Shown here piece after piece: positions 48,141 through 56,701 of a DNA stretch of 58,172 nucleotides. The stretch is taken from positions 1 through 58,172 of the IMG/VR virus record IMGVR_UViG_3300036766_000221; one strand, 5' to 3'. The number at the start of each line of letters is the position of its first letter. Position 1 is the stretch's first letter. This DNA is from a virus (taxonomy: Duplodnaviria > Caudoviricetes). A model generated the notes under the pieces. That model was not told the DNA's origin. It ran no database searches and worked only from the letters and a program-made list of their open reading frames with translations. Position numbers and translations under genes: made by a program.

Positions 48141-48650
48141 TTACGGGTTCACCGTCTCGTTCCAAATCAACGTGATGCCATTGGTACCGGTCGCATTGTC
48201 CGTGCGCAGCGTGAAGCTCTGACGAACCGCTGCGTTCTTGGTCAGATGCGTCTGGCTCAGATCGAGGCCGAACACGACGCCAGCTTGGACTGTGTATGGA
48301 TGCGCTATCACGCCAGAAGAGGCGATGTTCGAGGCAGTGTAGGCCACTGCGGATGCAGAATCTGATTGACTTCGCAGCTTCGCAGGAGCAGTAACCGTCG
48401 TGGTCGCGGCGCTGGAATTCAATTCCTGCGTAACGTAACAACCCGCCGAACATGAGATTGCAGCGCCAACCAGATTGATATATTTCTCCGTGTTTGCCGG
48501 AGACGAGATTGTCACAATCGCCACAGCAGAGGTTACATTCTGGCTGACAATAAATGCAGGAGGCGTTTCGCGCGGCAACGTCTCCTGCCCAAGACAGAAG
48601 GCCAGGAAAGAGAACAGCAGGAAAACCAGTTTCAGCCTTGAGATTTTCAT
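48141..48650 (-). CDS. Hypothetical exported protein
   Basis: MKISRLKLVFLLFSFLAFCLG-Q signal peptide. Confidence 0.7.
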   Translation of the reverse strand: MKISRLKLVFLLFSFLAFCLGQETLPRETPPAFIVSQNVTSAVAIVTISSPANTEKYINLVGAAISCSAGCYVTQELNSSAATTTVTAPAKLRSQSDSASAVAYTASNIASSGVIAHPYTVQAGVVFGLDLSQTHLTKNAAVRQSFTLRTDNATGTNGITLIWNETVNP

Positions 48651-49183
48651 TTCCAATTCACCTTCATCCCCTGTCGTAATACCAGCTTGCCACGATCAGC
48701 CACGCTACCAGCGCTACTCCTAAGAGCCACGCAACACTCTGTCCAAAGTATTCAGTCATTTCGGTTTTCATGCAGTAGCTTTTTGCCAGCGCCGGATTTC
48801 CAATTTCGTTGGTTCAGCGAAGTGTATGAGCGCGATAAGCGGGAAACGCCCCTGGATTATCGGTCGGTTCTCAGATGCCATTTCTTCCGGACCCGGCCGA
48901 TAGTCAGAGCGCTCGCCCGCTTCATGTTTTCCGCCCGCGCGGGTTTCAAGCGAGGTCATGGACTACCCTGAAATCAGGCGCCCGGTCCGAAACCATGCGG
49001 TCTCACCCGATGACTCGCGTGCGGCGAGGCAGAGCATGGGACCATCGAAGATTCGTGTTCCATCGGATCCCAGAAGAAGAAGTTTCCGGCACCACGGGGC
49101 TCAAGCATCGGAGGAGCAGGTGTCCTTCGTAAGCTCGAGCGGACCACATAGTGATGGGCGTTGGGATTGCGTCGTGCCATTGC

Positions 49184-49579
49184 TCAAGCACTCAGACAAT
49201 CGGTTACCGTCAACCGAAACAGCGGCGCGTCTTCCGGGTCAATCCTGCGAAACGCTACTGTGTGGCCGGAGATGGCTGGCATGTGGCCGCGGTCATCGCA
49301 AATCTCGCAGCCGGAGCCAGCGCACGCGACACATTGCGCAACTCCGCCCCAGATTTGTTCTCTGAACGAGTACCGCTGGCCGGCGAGTGGGGAAACTGAA
49401 GTCAATTTCCGCACTGGCAGTAAAGCTTCGTCTTCGAGACTGCAAGATGCTCGGATCGAGCGCTTGTCAATGCGCACAGCTTGTCCAGCGGCTTCCATGC
49501 GCGCAGCTTTCTCGGCATGGATCACGGCGATGACGCCACAACGTCCGACCAAGCGGACCTTTTCAACAAACCTTGCCAT
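49184..49579 (-). CDS. Hypothetical protein
   Basis: First sizeable ORF after attP; contains CxxC motifs. Confidence 0.5.
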   Translation of the reverse strand: MARFVEKVRLVGRCGVIAVIHAEKAARMEAAGQAVRIDKRSIRASCSLEDEALLPVRKLTSVSPLAGQRYSFREQIWGGVAQCVACAGSGCEICDDRGHMPAISGHTVAFRRIDPEDAPLFRLTVTDCLSA

Positions 49580-49770
49580 TGAGTTGGGAAATTGAGACGA
49601 AAAATCCCTGCGAAAATTATCGGAGAACTCGGGTGCTGCGTTCCGGCCCCGGAGACCGGTCCTACGAAATAGGTACACTCCGCTGAAGCCCTATTCGTGT
49701 AAAGCGTAGCACAACTTCTAGGTGCACGGAAACAGTTTTCGGGAGAAATGTTTAGGAAACCATGGGCGAC

Positions 49771-49978
49771 TGTGGCGGTTTTTGTGACGGTCCAACTATC
49801 AGTTGGTGTCACAGCGCACCAAACAAACCCCATGAAATCGTTGGAAAACTGCGCATCATGGCACCTGCTGTACCCCCGTAATTACATTTGAAGTCCGGGC
49901 TGCGCACCGGCGCAGACTAGCTCCCGTGGCCTTAGAATCATGGCGTTAGCGGTTTTTGTGGCGGTTTTTGTGGCGGTT
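49771..49978. promoter_or_regulatory. attP region with integrase arm-type repeats
   Basis: TGTGGCGGTTTTTGTGACGG at 49771 and tandem GCGGTTTTTGTG x2 + GCGGTT at 49949..49978 flank a tRNA fragment, just downstream of int. Confidence 0.75.
49886..49925 (-). tRNA. selC: 5' half of tRNA-Sec (fragment, attP core)
   Basis: GGGAGCTA-GT-CTGCGC CGGT GCGCAG-C-CCGGA-CTTCAAA-T: 8-nt acceptor strand, 6-bp D-stem with 4-nt loop, UCA anticodon; 3' half absent. Confidence 0.85.
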
Positions 49979-50049
49979 GCTCATAATTGCGGCTATGCGG
50001 AATCCAGCGTAGAATGACCGGAAGTCAGGCGCAAGAAAATAATTGCGGC

Positions 50050-51117
50050 TCACGCCTTCTTCTCCTTCGGCTTCTTGCCCATAGCCTCCAGCTTTCGCCC
50101 CGCTTCGGCGATATCCTCGCTGGAAACAATCGAGTACCGCCGGTAGACCGCCTCGGTCTTGTGCCCACTGATCTTCATGGCCACCGACCGTGGGATCCCA
50201 GCCCGCTCCATATTGCGAACCGCAGACCTCCGCAAGTCATGGAAAAGCAAGGCAGGAAACCCCGCGCGAACGCATGCGCTACGCCATGACCGGTCGAACT
50301 GCCTGACTTGCCTGCCATCTTCGTGGATGCAGAGCCATGGCAACGGAAACTTGCCGCTGCGCTTGGCCTGAGTGGTCCGCTGGTGCAATCTGGCGGCGAT
50401 CATCTCCCGCACATCGCCGTAGATCGGCAACACCCGGCCTTCGTCGTTTTTCGTCTCTCCAGCATGCAGGCGTATCTGGTTGAGCTCCAAGTCCACCTGA
50501 TCGACCCGCAGGCCCAGGAGCTCACCCTTGCGCGCGCCGGTGCGGTACGCCAGAGCCGCCAGCAGGCGGATCGGCTTCGGGAGTTCCCGGAGGATTGCGG
50601 CATAGGTCCGATCTTCCACAAATCCTTTGCGTGGCGGGTTTTCCTTGAGGGCCGGAATATGCGGTATCCTCCCGATCAGTGGCGGGTCATGCTGCATCGC
50701 CAGGACCAGACTACGCTTTACTACAGCCAATTCTCTGTTGACTGTTGCCGCCTGGATCCCGGCCTTGGTGCGCTGCTCGATGTAGCACTGGATCGCTTCG
50801 CTGCCGAACTGCTCAACCCGGATGCGCCCTATCTTTGGCCGCAACTGGCGGTCAATACGCAACTTTAGGTCATAGATGGATTTTCGTTTGTGCCGGATGT
50901 AGTCCTGGAGCACCAGGTCCAGCAGTTGCGACATGCGCATGTGACGCGAAGCCAGTTTCCCCGCAATCGCTTCGCCCTGCCGCCGCTTCAGCAGTTTCAC
51001 TGCGTCATCCTTGCGCTCAGAATCGCTGGATTCCCGGTGCCGCTGCCCGTTGCGCCAATATTGAATCCACCAGAGATCACCGCGCAAATAGATTGTGCCG
51101 AGTCCGTATCGACTCAT
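50050..51117 (-). CDS. int: Tyrosine integrase
   Basis: TGARKGEL (R), ETKN (K), HDLRR, GHK and VYRRY motifs; N-terminal arm-binding domain. Confidence 0.95.
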   Translation of the reverse strand: MSRYGLGTIYLRGDLWWIQYWRNGQRHRESSDSERKDDAVKLLKRRQGEAIAGKLASRHMRMSQLLDLVLQDYIRHKRKSIYDLKLRIDRQLRPKIGRIRVEQFGSEAIQCYIEQRTKAGIQAATVNRELAVVKRSLVLAMQHDPPLIGRIPHIPALKENPPRKGFVEDRTYAAILRELPKPIRLLAALAYRTGARKGELLGLRVDQVDLELNQIRLHAGETKNDEGRVLPIYGDVREMIAARLHQRTTQAKRSGKFPLPWLCIHEDGRQVRQFDRSWRSACVRAGFPALLFHDLRRSAVRNMERAGIPRSVAMKISGHKTEAVYRRYSIVSSEDIAEAGRKLEAMGKKPKEKKA

Positions 51118-51123
51118 TGAGGT

Positions 51124-51166
51124 TCCTCGCCTTGCCGTGCCTTGCCGCGCCCAGCCGTGCCTAGAC
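51124..51166 (-). repeat. GGC-NN pentamer array 1 (7 GGC units) in the int leader
   Basis: GGC AC GGC TG GGC GC GGC AA GGC AC GGC AA GGC GA GGA. Confidence 0.9.
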
Positions 51167-51270
51167 GAACAATATACCGCAACCGCCCCAGGATATTTTC
51201 AACTGCCCTTGTCTTGCAACGTCAAGTCTTGCGCAATCATTCGCGACAGCACGCCGAGCCGGGCACGGAA

Positions 51271-51795
51271 TCACTGAACCTTATCCACCTTGTCGGTTTT
51301 CCCGCTGAACAATGCCAACGTCTCGCTCGCAGGCAGAATGCGCGAAGCCGATTCCGTCGCCGCCGCGATTCTCTTCGTCGCGCTCGGCTTCATCATGTGG
51401 TTGATGATTCCCGCTTGTGAAAATAACGTTAGAAAACTGTTTTGCTCCACTTTCGTTAGTGCCTTTTGCTTTTCGATTGGAACGAGCGTCGCCAGCCCTC
51501 CCATCACACGTCGAGCACTTCGGCCTACATGCTTCATTCCTCGCACGCCCCAGTTAATGGTTCCGCGCGAGTTCAGCCGTTTGATTCCAACTTTGGGAAT
51601 CACCTCCAACACGCACTCCTTCTCGCGTTGGAATCGCTTACGTGCTGTATACACATAGCCGTAGCCGTCGCCTTGCGGGTCTTTGTCGATGACGCCCTTC
51701 AGTGACTCGTAAGGGCAGATATCGCCGTCCTGCAAGAGCTGCTTCTCGAATTCGCCGAATACCAGAATGCTTTCAATCGCTGCTTCGTGTTTCAT
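51271..51795 (-). CDS. Hypothetical basic protein, partner of the RAMP-like gene
   Basis: ATG at 51795 with GAGGA SD formed by the end of array 2. Confidence 0.75.
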   Translation of the reverse strand: MKHEAAIESILVFGEFEKQLLQDGDICPYESLKGVIDKDPQGDGYGYVYTARKRFQREKECVLEVIPKVGIKRLNSRGTINWGVRGMKHVGRSARRVMGGLATLVPIEKQKALTKVEQNSFLTLFSQAGIINHMMKPSATKRIAAATESASRILPASETLALFSGKTDKVDKVQ

Positions 51796-51799
51796 ATGT

Positions 51800-51839
51800 T
51801 CCTCGCCTTGCCTCGCCTCGCCTGGCCGTGCCATGCCGC
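51800..51839 (-). repeat. GGC-NN pentamer array 2 (7 GGC units)
   Basis: GGC AT GGC AC GGC CA GGC GA GGC GA GGC AA GGC GA GGA. Confidence 0.9.
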
Positions 51840-51842
51840 AAA

Positions 51843-52400
51843 CTAACTCCATTTCACGTCATCGACCGAGAAGCGCCCATAGAACCCATTGTTCCGTGGA
51901 CGAAATCGCCCGATGCCGATGAACTTCCCGGCCTCTTCCAGATGCTTACGGAAAACGTCCAGCGTTATGGTGTCGTCGAGCACGTGGAACGTAACCTTGC
52001 CGGACCACTTCGGAATGACCGGGAAACATTTCCAGACTCGGCTCGTACCACCGCGCCGTCCATCAGACGGAACGTGCAACCATTCGCCTTGCACATCGTC
52101 TTTTCGCAGAGGCAATACCAGCGGCTCGACCACCAGCACGCCAGCCTCGAAATGCTTGGTATAGGTTGATTTTCCCTTGCCTGGAATCTGGATAGCCAGA
52201 AACTTCGCCACTTCCGCAATGCAATTTTTGAATGACATCGGCGGAATGAAAACCTGACCCTTGTCGTCGATGTGAAGGCGCTCCCGCCAAATCCGCGCCT
52301 CAAAATCCTTGTGAGTTTCTTTGTCCGGCTTTTCCGTCATAATCACTTTCGATTGACTATAAGCCGAAACGCTGCTGAGTACTGCCATCGCTACGTGCAT
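51843..52400 (-). CDS. Stand-alone RAMP/Cas7-like protein
   Basis: FIPPMSFKNCI helix motif; C-terminal Gly-rich loop AGKFIGIGRFRPRNNGFYGRFSV; no other cas genes. Confidence 0.7.
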   Translation of the reverse strand: MHVAMAVLSSVSAYSQSKVIMTEKPDKETHKDFEARIWRERLHIDDKGQVFIPPMSFKNCIAEVAKFLAIQIPGKGKSTYTKHFEAGVLVVEPLVLPLRKDDVQGEWLHVPSDGRRGGTSRVWKCFPVIPKWSGKVTFHVLDDTITLDVFRKHLEEAGKFIGIGRFRPRNNGFYGRFSVDDVKWS

Positions 52401-52420
52401 TCTGTTCCTTTCGTTGTTAA

Positions 52421-52494
52421 ACTTTGCCTTGTCTTGCCGAATCTAGCCGCACTCAATCCTGCCATGCGAAGTCATGCCTAATCCGGGCCAAATC
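52421..52494 (-). repeat. Degenerate RRY-NN pentamer array 3 (~15 units) in the RAMP leader
   Basis: GATTT GGCCC(G) GATTA GGCAT GACTT CGCAT GGCAG GATTG AGTGC GGCTA GATTC GGCAA GACAA GGCAA AGT. Confidence 0.8.
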
Positions 52495-52499
52495 ATCTT

Positions 52500-52751
52500 T
52501 CACTTACTCGCCTGAATCAACGCATCCAAATCTTTGATGTCAAACAGAAAGTTCCGGTGTAGTCTTACCCGTCGCAAGTCTCCGCTCGCCACGTGATTCT
52601 TCACCGTTTTCTCCGAGCACGAGAGATACAGCGCCGCATCCGCTAGGTTCAGCAGGCGCCGCGTGGCCGGCTGCTTCGTCTCCATCTCGGCCAGCACTTC
52701 GCGGACGATATCGCGTACTAGCGGCTGGAACGGGTTGGCGGATTGGGCCAT
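52500..52751 (-). CDS. xis: Excisionase-like HTH protein
   Basis: LLNLADAALYLSCSEKTV...G.L..VR......DLDALI. Confidence 0.85.
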   Translation of the reverse strand: MAQSANPFQPLVRDIVREVLAEMETKQPATRRLLNLADAALYLSCSEKTVKNHVASGDLRRVRLHRNFLFDIKDLDALIQASK

Positions 52752-53033
52752 CTAGTTCAGCTTCTTCAGCTCTCCGCGCAGCCGGGCGATCTCGCGCTGC
52801 TCGAATTGAGCGCGACAGAAACCTCCACACTTATGCCAATCGTCCTCGGCTAGTGGTGACTTATGCCAGCATCCACCGCAATGCTTCGTCGCGCACGCCT
52901 CATACACGCCGATGGCGGTTTCGATGAGGGCACGAGCGATGCGCCGTTGTTCCAGGACATCAGTGCCGCTCATGATTGACTCTGCCACCTCGGCCAGCGT
53001 CGTCTCCGCGTTCAGGAGTTTGGGGTCAGTCAT
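52752..53033 (-). CDS. Hypothetical protein (Cys-rich C-terminus)
   Basis: Adjacent to xis. Confidence 0.55.
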   Translation of the reverse strand: MTDPKLLNAETTLAEVAESIMSGTDVLEQRRIARALIETAIGVYEACATKHCGGCWHKSPLAEDDWHKCGGFCRAQFEQREIARLRGELKKLN

Positions 53034-53173
53034 ACCACTAATCTTGACTTTTCTAGTCTTAACTGTGCCAGTTTTGCACATGCGGAGCTTGTGTACCGGT
53101 CATAATGCCCAGGGCACCGCTCTGGCGGCTGCCCTTTTTCCTTGGGGAATTATATACATGACTCCCTTCGCTC

Positions 53174-53722
53174 TTAATTCTCAACAGGTTTCCGCTTGCG
53201 CGCTTTCTTCCGTTTCCGCGCCTTTTTGGCCTGAGACTTTGGGCGGTAGGCGAGCACCACGTCTGTTATCCGATCGTGTTTGTTGCCTTCCTTGCCGCCA
53301 AAGAACGCTTCGTCAACCTCAACGATGCCGCGCAGCTTGTCGATGCTGTCGGGAGCGCTGCAAGCCTCCCGGAGCCGGGAAAGCATGAACCATGCCGACT
53401 TCTGGGTGACGCCGATTTCTTTGGCCAATTGCATCGAGGAGATGCCCTTACGGGCGGTCACCAGCAGATACATGGCATAGACCCACTTGTGAAGTGGGAT
53501 GTGGCTGCGCCCAAAGATCGTTCCGGTACGCACGGTAAAGTCGAGTTGGCAGGCGTTACAGCGGTAGAATCCCGCTTTGCGCGGGGTAATTCGCTCGCTG
53601 GCTTTGCATGTTGGGCAAACCGTACCGTTAGGCCAGAGACGGCCCTCCAAATATTCGCGCGCCGCCTCTTCGTCCGGGAAGATCTCGAACAGTTTGAAAG
53701 TACTGATAGTGCTCTTGCTCAT
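53174..53722 (-). pseudogene. IS1595 transposase, internally deleted
   Basis: Zn ribbon (WPNG..CP.C...C..C..FTVRTGTIF), HTH (KGISSMQL) and only the first catalytic D (VEVDE). Confidence 0.85.
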
Positions 53723-53824
53723 TGTGAAATCCTTTGCCGAGTTACGTATCGGCCCCGATTTCCCTTCGGACGCCCCGCTTGTGCGGAGGATCGCTCGCGC
53801 GACCGAGGCACGCGGCGGAGGTCG

Positions 53825-54151
53825 TTAGCGTGTCACCGATCCGATAATGTCGCCATCGGTTGGGCATCGGCGTGCCAACACAGCAGCTTTCCATTCATCG
53901 AATTTTTGGGCTGCCTGCTCGCCGGTGAGTCCGGTCATTTTGCGCCCGACCCATGGCTTCGCGCGGCCACCCTTGAAGGGATGATAGGATGCGCTCAGAT
54001 AGTCGTCGTCGAAGCTCTCTTGCACGGCCCATCCGCATTCGACGCTATACGTGCCGTCCAGCCCGACCCGCAAAAAGTAGAAACATTGATCCAAGCCCGC
54101 ACCCCAGGTATTGCCGGGGGTGATTTGTTGCGTTGCTTCTATCGTCGTCAT
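53825..54151 (-). CDS. IS passenger hypothetical protein
   Basis: AGGAG SD; inside the TIRs. Confidence 0.65.
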   Translation of the reverse strand: MTTIEATQQITPGNTWGAGLDQCFYFLRVGLDGTYSVECGWAVQESFDDDYLSASYHPFKGGRAKPWVGRKMTGLTGEQAAQKFDEWKAAVLARRCPTDGDIIGSVTR

Positions 54152-54565
54152 TTTCTTTCTCCTGCCCGATGGATTCGGGCTTCTTGCTACTCTTTAATTG
54201 TACTTGACTCCCGCACAGGAAGCAAGGGGAAAATGCAATCGGATGTAAGATTTTTGAAGAAAAGGCGAAGGGAGTCATGTATATAATTCCCGAAATTAAG
54301 GGCATCGTCTCCTCGATTCTCTCACGCGCGCCTTGACTGGGCAGGCACGCGCAGGGCGAACGCCAGATCGCGGCAAAACCGGCATTTCCTGATGTTTCGA
54401 CCATCCCCGCGCAGTTGGGGTGCCACGGTACAGATGGACAGGTTTTTCTTTGAATTTACGCGAAATCGTTTTCTTGCCACGTGCCGTCCTCGCCACTGCA
54501 TCGCTTCCACGTTTCCGCATGCTTCCTTCTCCTGGGTTATACAAACCTACTGGCGAGGACTACAC

Positions 54566-54757
54566 CTAGCAGCAATCGGCATTCCTGTGCTCGCCACTGC
54601 CACCGTTTTTTACTCCAGCGCTAAATCTTTCGTTCTTCGCCCGTTTGTGCCAGGACCACACTCGCTGATAAGCCACTTTCTCTCGGCGCACTTTGTCGCG
54701 TTTCGCCTGGCGATCAGCGAAGCCGGTGAGCGCGGCGCGCACGTAGTCGAGTTTCAT
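54566..54757 (-). CDS. Small hypothetical protein
   Basis: ATGA coupling. Confidence 0.5.
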   Translation of the reverse strand: MKLDYVRAALTGFADRQAKRDKVRREKVAYQRVWSWHKRAKNERFSAGVKNGGSGEHRNADCC

Positions 54758-55017
54758 CGGCGTCCCTGCTGGTGCGTTTGATATTCGGCTTCCAGCGCCC
54801 GCCCCAACGCACAGTTGCACCTGCCCGTGTAATCGTTGCGCACCATCATGTCGATCTCGGTATATGGCGCGTTTTCCCGGTTCGCCTTGTGTTGTGCCAG
54901 TTCATTTTTGCTCACCAGGTAGGGGTCGCGTTCGAGTTTTTGGTATGAACGCCACCCTCGCAGACAGAGTGCGCACGCCGGCGGGAATTTGGAGACATGC
55001 TCCCAGCTGTAATTCAT
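54754..55017 (-). CDS. Hypothetical protein
   Basis: ATGA coupling; CxxC and CxC motifs. Confidence 0.6.
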   Translation of the reverse strand: MNYSWEHVSKFPPACALCLRGWRSYQKLERDPYLVSKNELAQHKANRENAPYTEIDMMVRNDYTGRCNCALGRALEAEYQTHQQGRR

Positions 55018-55529
55018 TTTCCCCTGGCTCCACGTTTGCCGCGGGCCTTGTCGGCCTCCAGCTCCGCTTCCAGTTCTGCGATGGTCTTGCGCCGCACCAC
55101 CAGCCCAGGCTCGCGTTTGCGTTCACGCGCCGCAGCTATTTTGATTTTCAGTTCTTCCAGCAGCGCCTGGTACTCTTTGTCCTCGGTGAGATCGGCTGCT
55201 TCGAGACGCGGCAATTCCCGAGGGGTCAACGCGGCCCAGTCGATGTGGGCGTCAGCCTCCGGGTTGCCGTCTTCGTCCTTCACTGTCTCGACCGGATAGA
55301 CGCCATCGGCAGGGTTGAACCGCGCGCAGAATATCGCCCGCATCTGCCCCGGTCCGGGCCACTCCGAGCGCCGCGCCATCTCCTGCGCTAGCCATTCGAG
55401 TTGCTCATCGTTGGCGCACATTTCGCGCAACAAACCGACCAGTGCCCCCCTAAAATCGGCATCGCTAGGGAAGAATTTCATCAGTGAAAGTGTCCCCATC
55501 GCCGATTTCATTACTCGCGCGGATATCAT
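55014..55529 (-). CDS. Replication-associated hypothetical protein
   Basis: Directly after the initiator; GGAGG SD. Confidence 0.6.
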   Translation of the reverse strand: MISARVMKSAMGTLSLMKFFPSDADFRGALVGLLREMCANDEQLEWLAQEMARRSEWPGPGQMRAIFCARFNPADGVYPVETVKDEDGNPEADAHIDWAALTPRELPRLEAADLTEDKEYQALLEELKIKIAAARERKREPGLVVRRKTIAELEAELEADKARGKRGARGK

Positions 55530-56438
55530 TCAAACCTCCCGTTTTCTCGCTTGATTTGCCTTGAAACGCTGGTTTTCTTCATGGAGTTTTATAGCCTTGT
55601 CGTTTATCGATTCCTGGATGGGTTCGGCTGGCGGGCTCATTTTCCACGTTTCCTCTGCTATCGTCTCGGCCAGGTTCTGCTTGCAATAACGCCAGCCGGT
55701 CCGTTCCCAGTGGCTGATCCAGTTCGTTACCCCTCGGATTACGACATCGAGCGGAGAGCCCCGGTTAAGGGTTTCGATGAGGTACTGCTGGGCAATCTGT
55801 TTATGCCCTGGCTTTTTCCAGGCGTTATACAGATTCTCGAAGCCGTTCTGGAATTCCGCAGGCATCACGGCCGTGCTTTTCTCAGCCGGTTTTGTTGGTT
55901 CAACCCCCGGTGTTTTTGGGCTTGGCATTTCGGGGTTTTCCACAGATCTACGAACCGTAGAAACTGCCGGGGGTTCCGGCTCGGCTTGGTAAGGCTTGGT
56001 AAGGTAAGGCAAGGCAGGGGGGTATGTCACGGGGGGTGACACTATGGGTGGCACTACAGTCTCACTGGTATGCGACTCTAACCTCGTGCCTCTAACTTGC
56101 TGATTAGAAGAGATGAGCTTATCGATAGCCGCCACCTTGTTTTTCGTTCCTGTTGTGGCATGTTCTAGCCAATCGTGCACCACGAGCCGGTGCGATGGGT
56201 GTACGTCGATCCATCGAGCCTCGATCAATGCCCGTATCAGTTTGGTGCCACTCCGTTCATCACGGTCGAAAGCCGCCGCAATTCGGCTGTCGCTATGCTT
56301 TCCAATATCACCCTTTGGAGCGTACTCGGCAGTAAAGTGGAAGAGTTGTTCGAGGATGCCAACGGCATAGACCCGAGGGACTTTTAAAATCTTCGCCAGT
56401 TCGAGTGTTTTTGGGTGGTTCGGTGTGCCGCGCTTCAC
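55530..56438 (-). CDS. Phage replication initiator/replisome organiser
   Basis: HPK...LA..L....AVG.LE.L...GDI; LVVHDW.EH; low-complexity linker; C-terminal FE.LY.AW.K. Confidence 0.75.
   Translation of the reverse strand: MKRGTPNHPKTLELAKILKVPRVYAVGILEQLFHFTAEYAPKGDIGKHSDSRIAAAFDRDERSGTKLIRALIEARWIDVHPSHRLVVHDWLEHATTGTKNKVAAIDKLISSNQQVRGTRLESHTSETVVPPIVSPPVTYPPALPYLTKPYQAEPEPPAVSTVRRSVENPEMPSPKTPGVEPTKPAEKSTAVMPAEFQNGFENLYNAWKKPGHKQIAQQYLIETLNRGSPLDVVIRGVTNWISHWERTGWRYCKQNLAETIAEETWKMSPPAEPIQESINDKAIKLHEENQRFKANQARKREV
55978..56017 (+). repeat. GGY-NN pentamer tract inside the initiator gene (possible origin)
   Basis: GGCTC GGCTT GGTAA GGCTT GGTAA GGTAA GGCAA GGCAG. Confidence 0.7.
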
Positions 56439-56701
56439 GTTTTTCCCGCCGCCTTTCGCCGGCCGGCGCCCGCCTTGGGTTTCGCTTTCGCCTTCGGCTT
56501 CTCCGTGTTCTTCCGGATCGCCCGGAGCGTCGCCGGAATCTGGATAAAATTCTTGCAACCCAGCAGCCGGTTCAGGGTGCACAGCTCTCTATAGATTCCG
56601 ATCAGGCAGGCCGTCTGAATCGTCTTTTTATCCACCTGGACAGGACCATCGACAAGTAGATCCCAGTTCGTCTCGGCCAGACTTTTCCAGTTTCTCGTCA
56701 T
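56435..56701 (-). CDS. Hypothetical protein
   Basis: Coupled on both sides. Confidence 0.7.
   Translation of the reverse strand: MTRNWKSLAETNWDLLVDGPVQVDKKTIQTACLIGIYRELCTLNRLLGCKNFIQIPATLRAIRKNTEKPKAKAKPKAGAGRRKAAGKT

Larger units (their letters stand above)
53145..54291. mobile_element. Defective IS1595-family element
   Basis: Perfect 27-bp inverted repeats GGGAATTATATACATGACTCCCTTCGC at both ends; no matching TSD. Confidence 0.9.

Noticed and set aside
49861-49925. Complete phage tRNA gene
   Set aside because: The sequence diverges right after the anticodon loop; no variable arm, T arm or 3' acceptor strand
51121-52494. Canonical CRISPR-Cas locus
   Set aside because: No 25-40-nt repeats with spacers, and no cas1, cas3, cas5, cas6 or cas10
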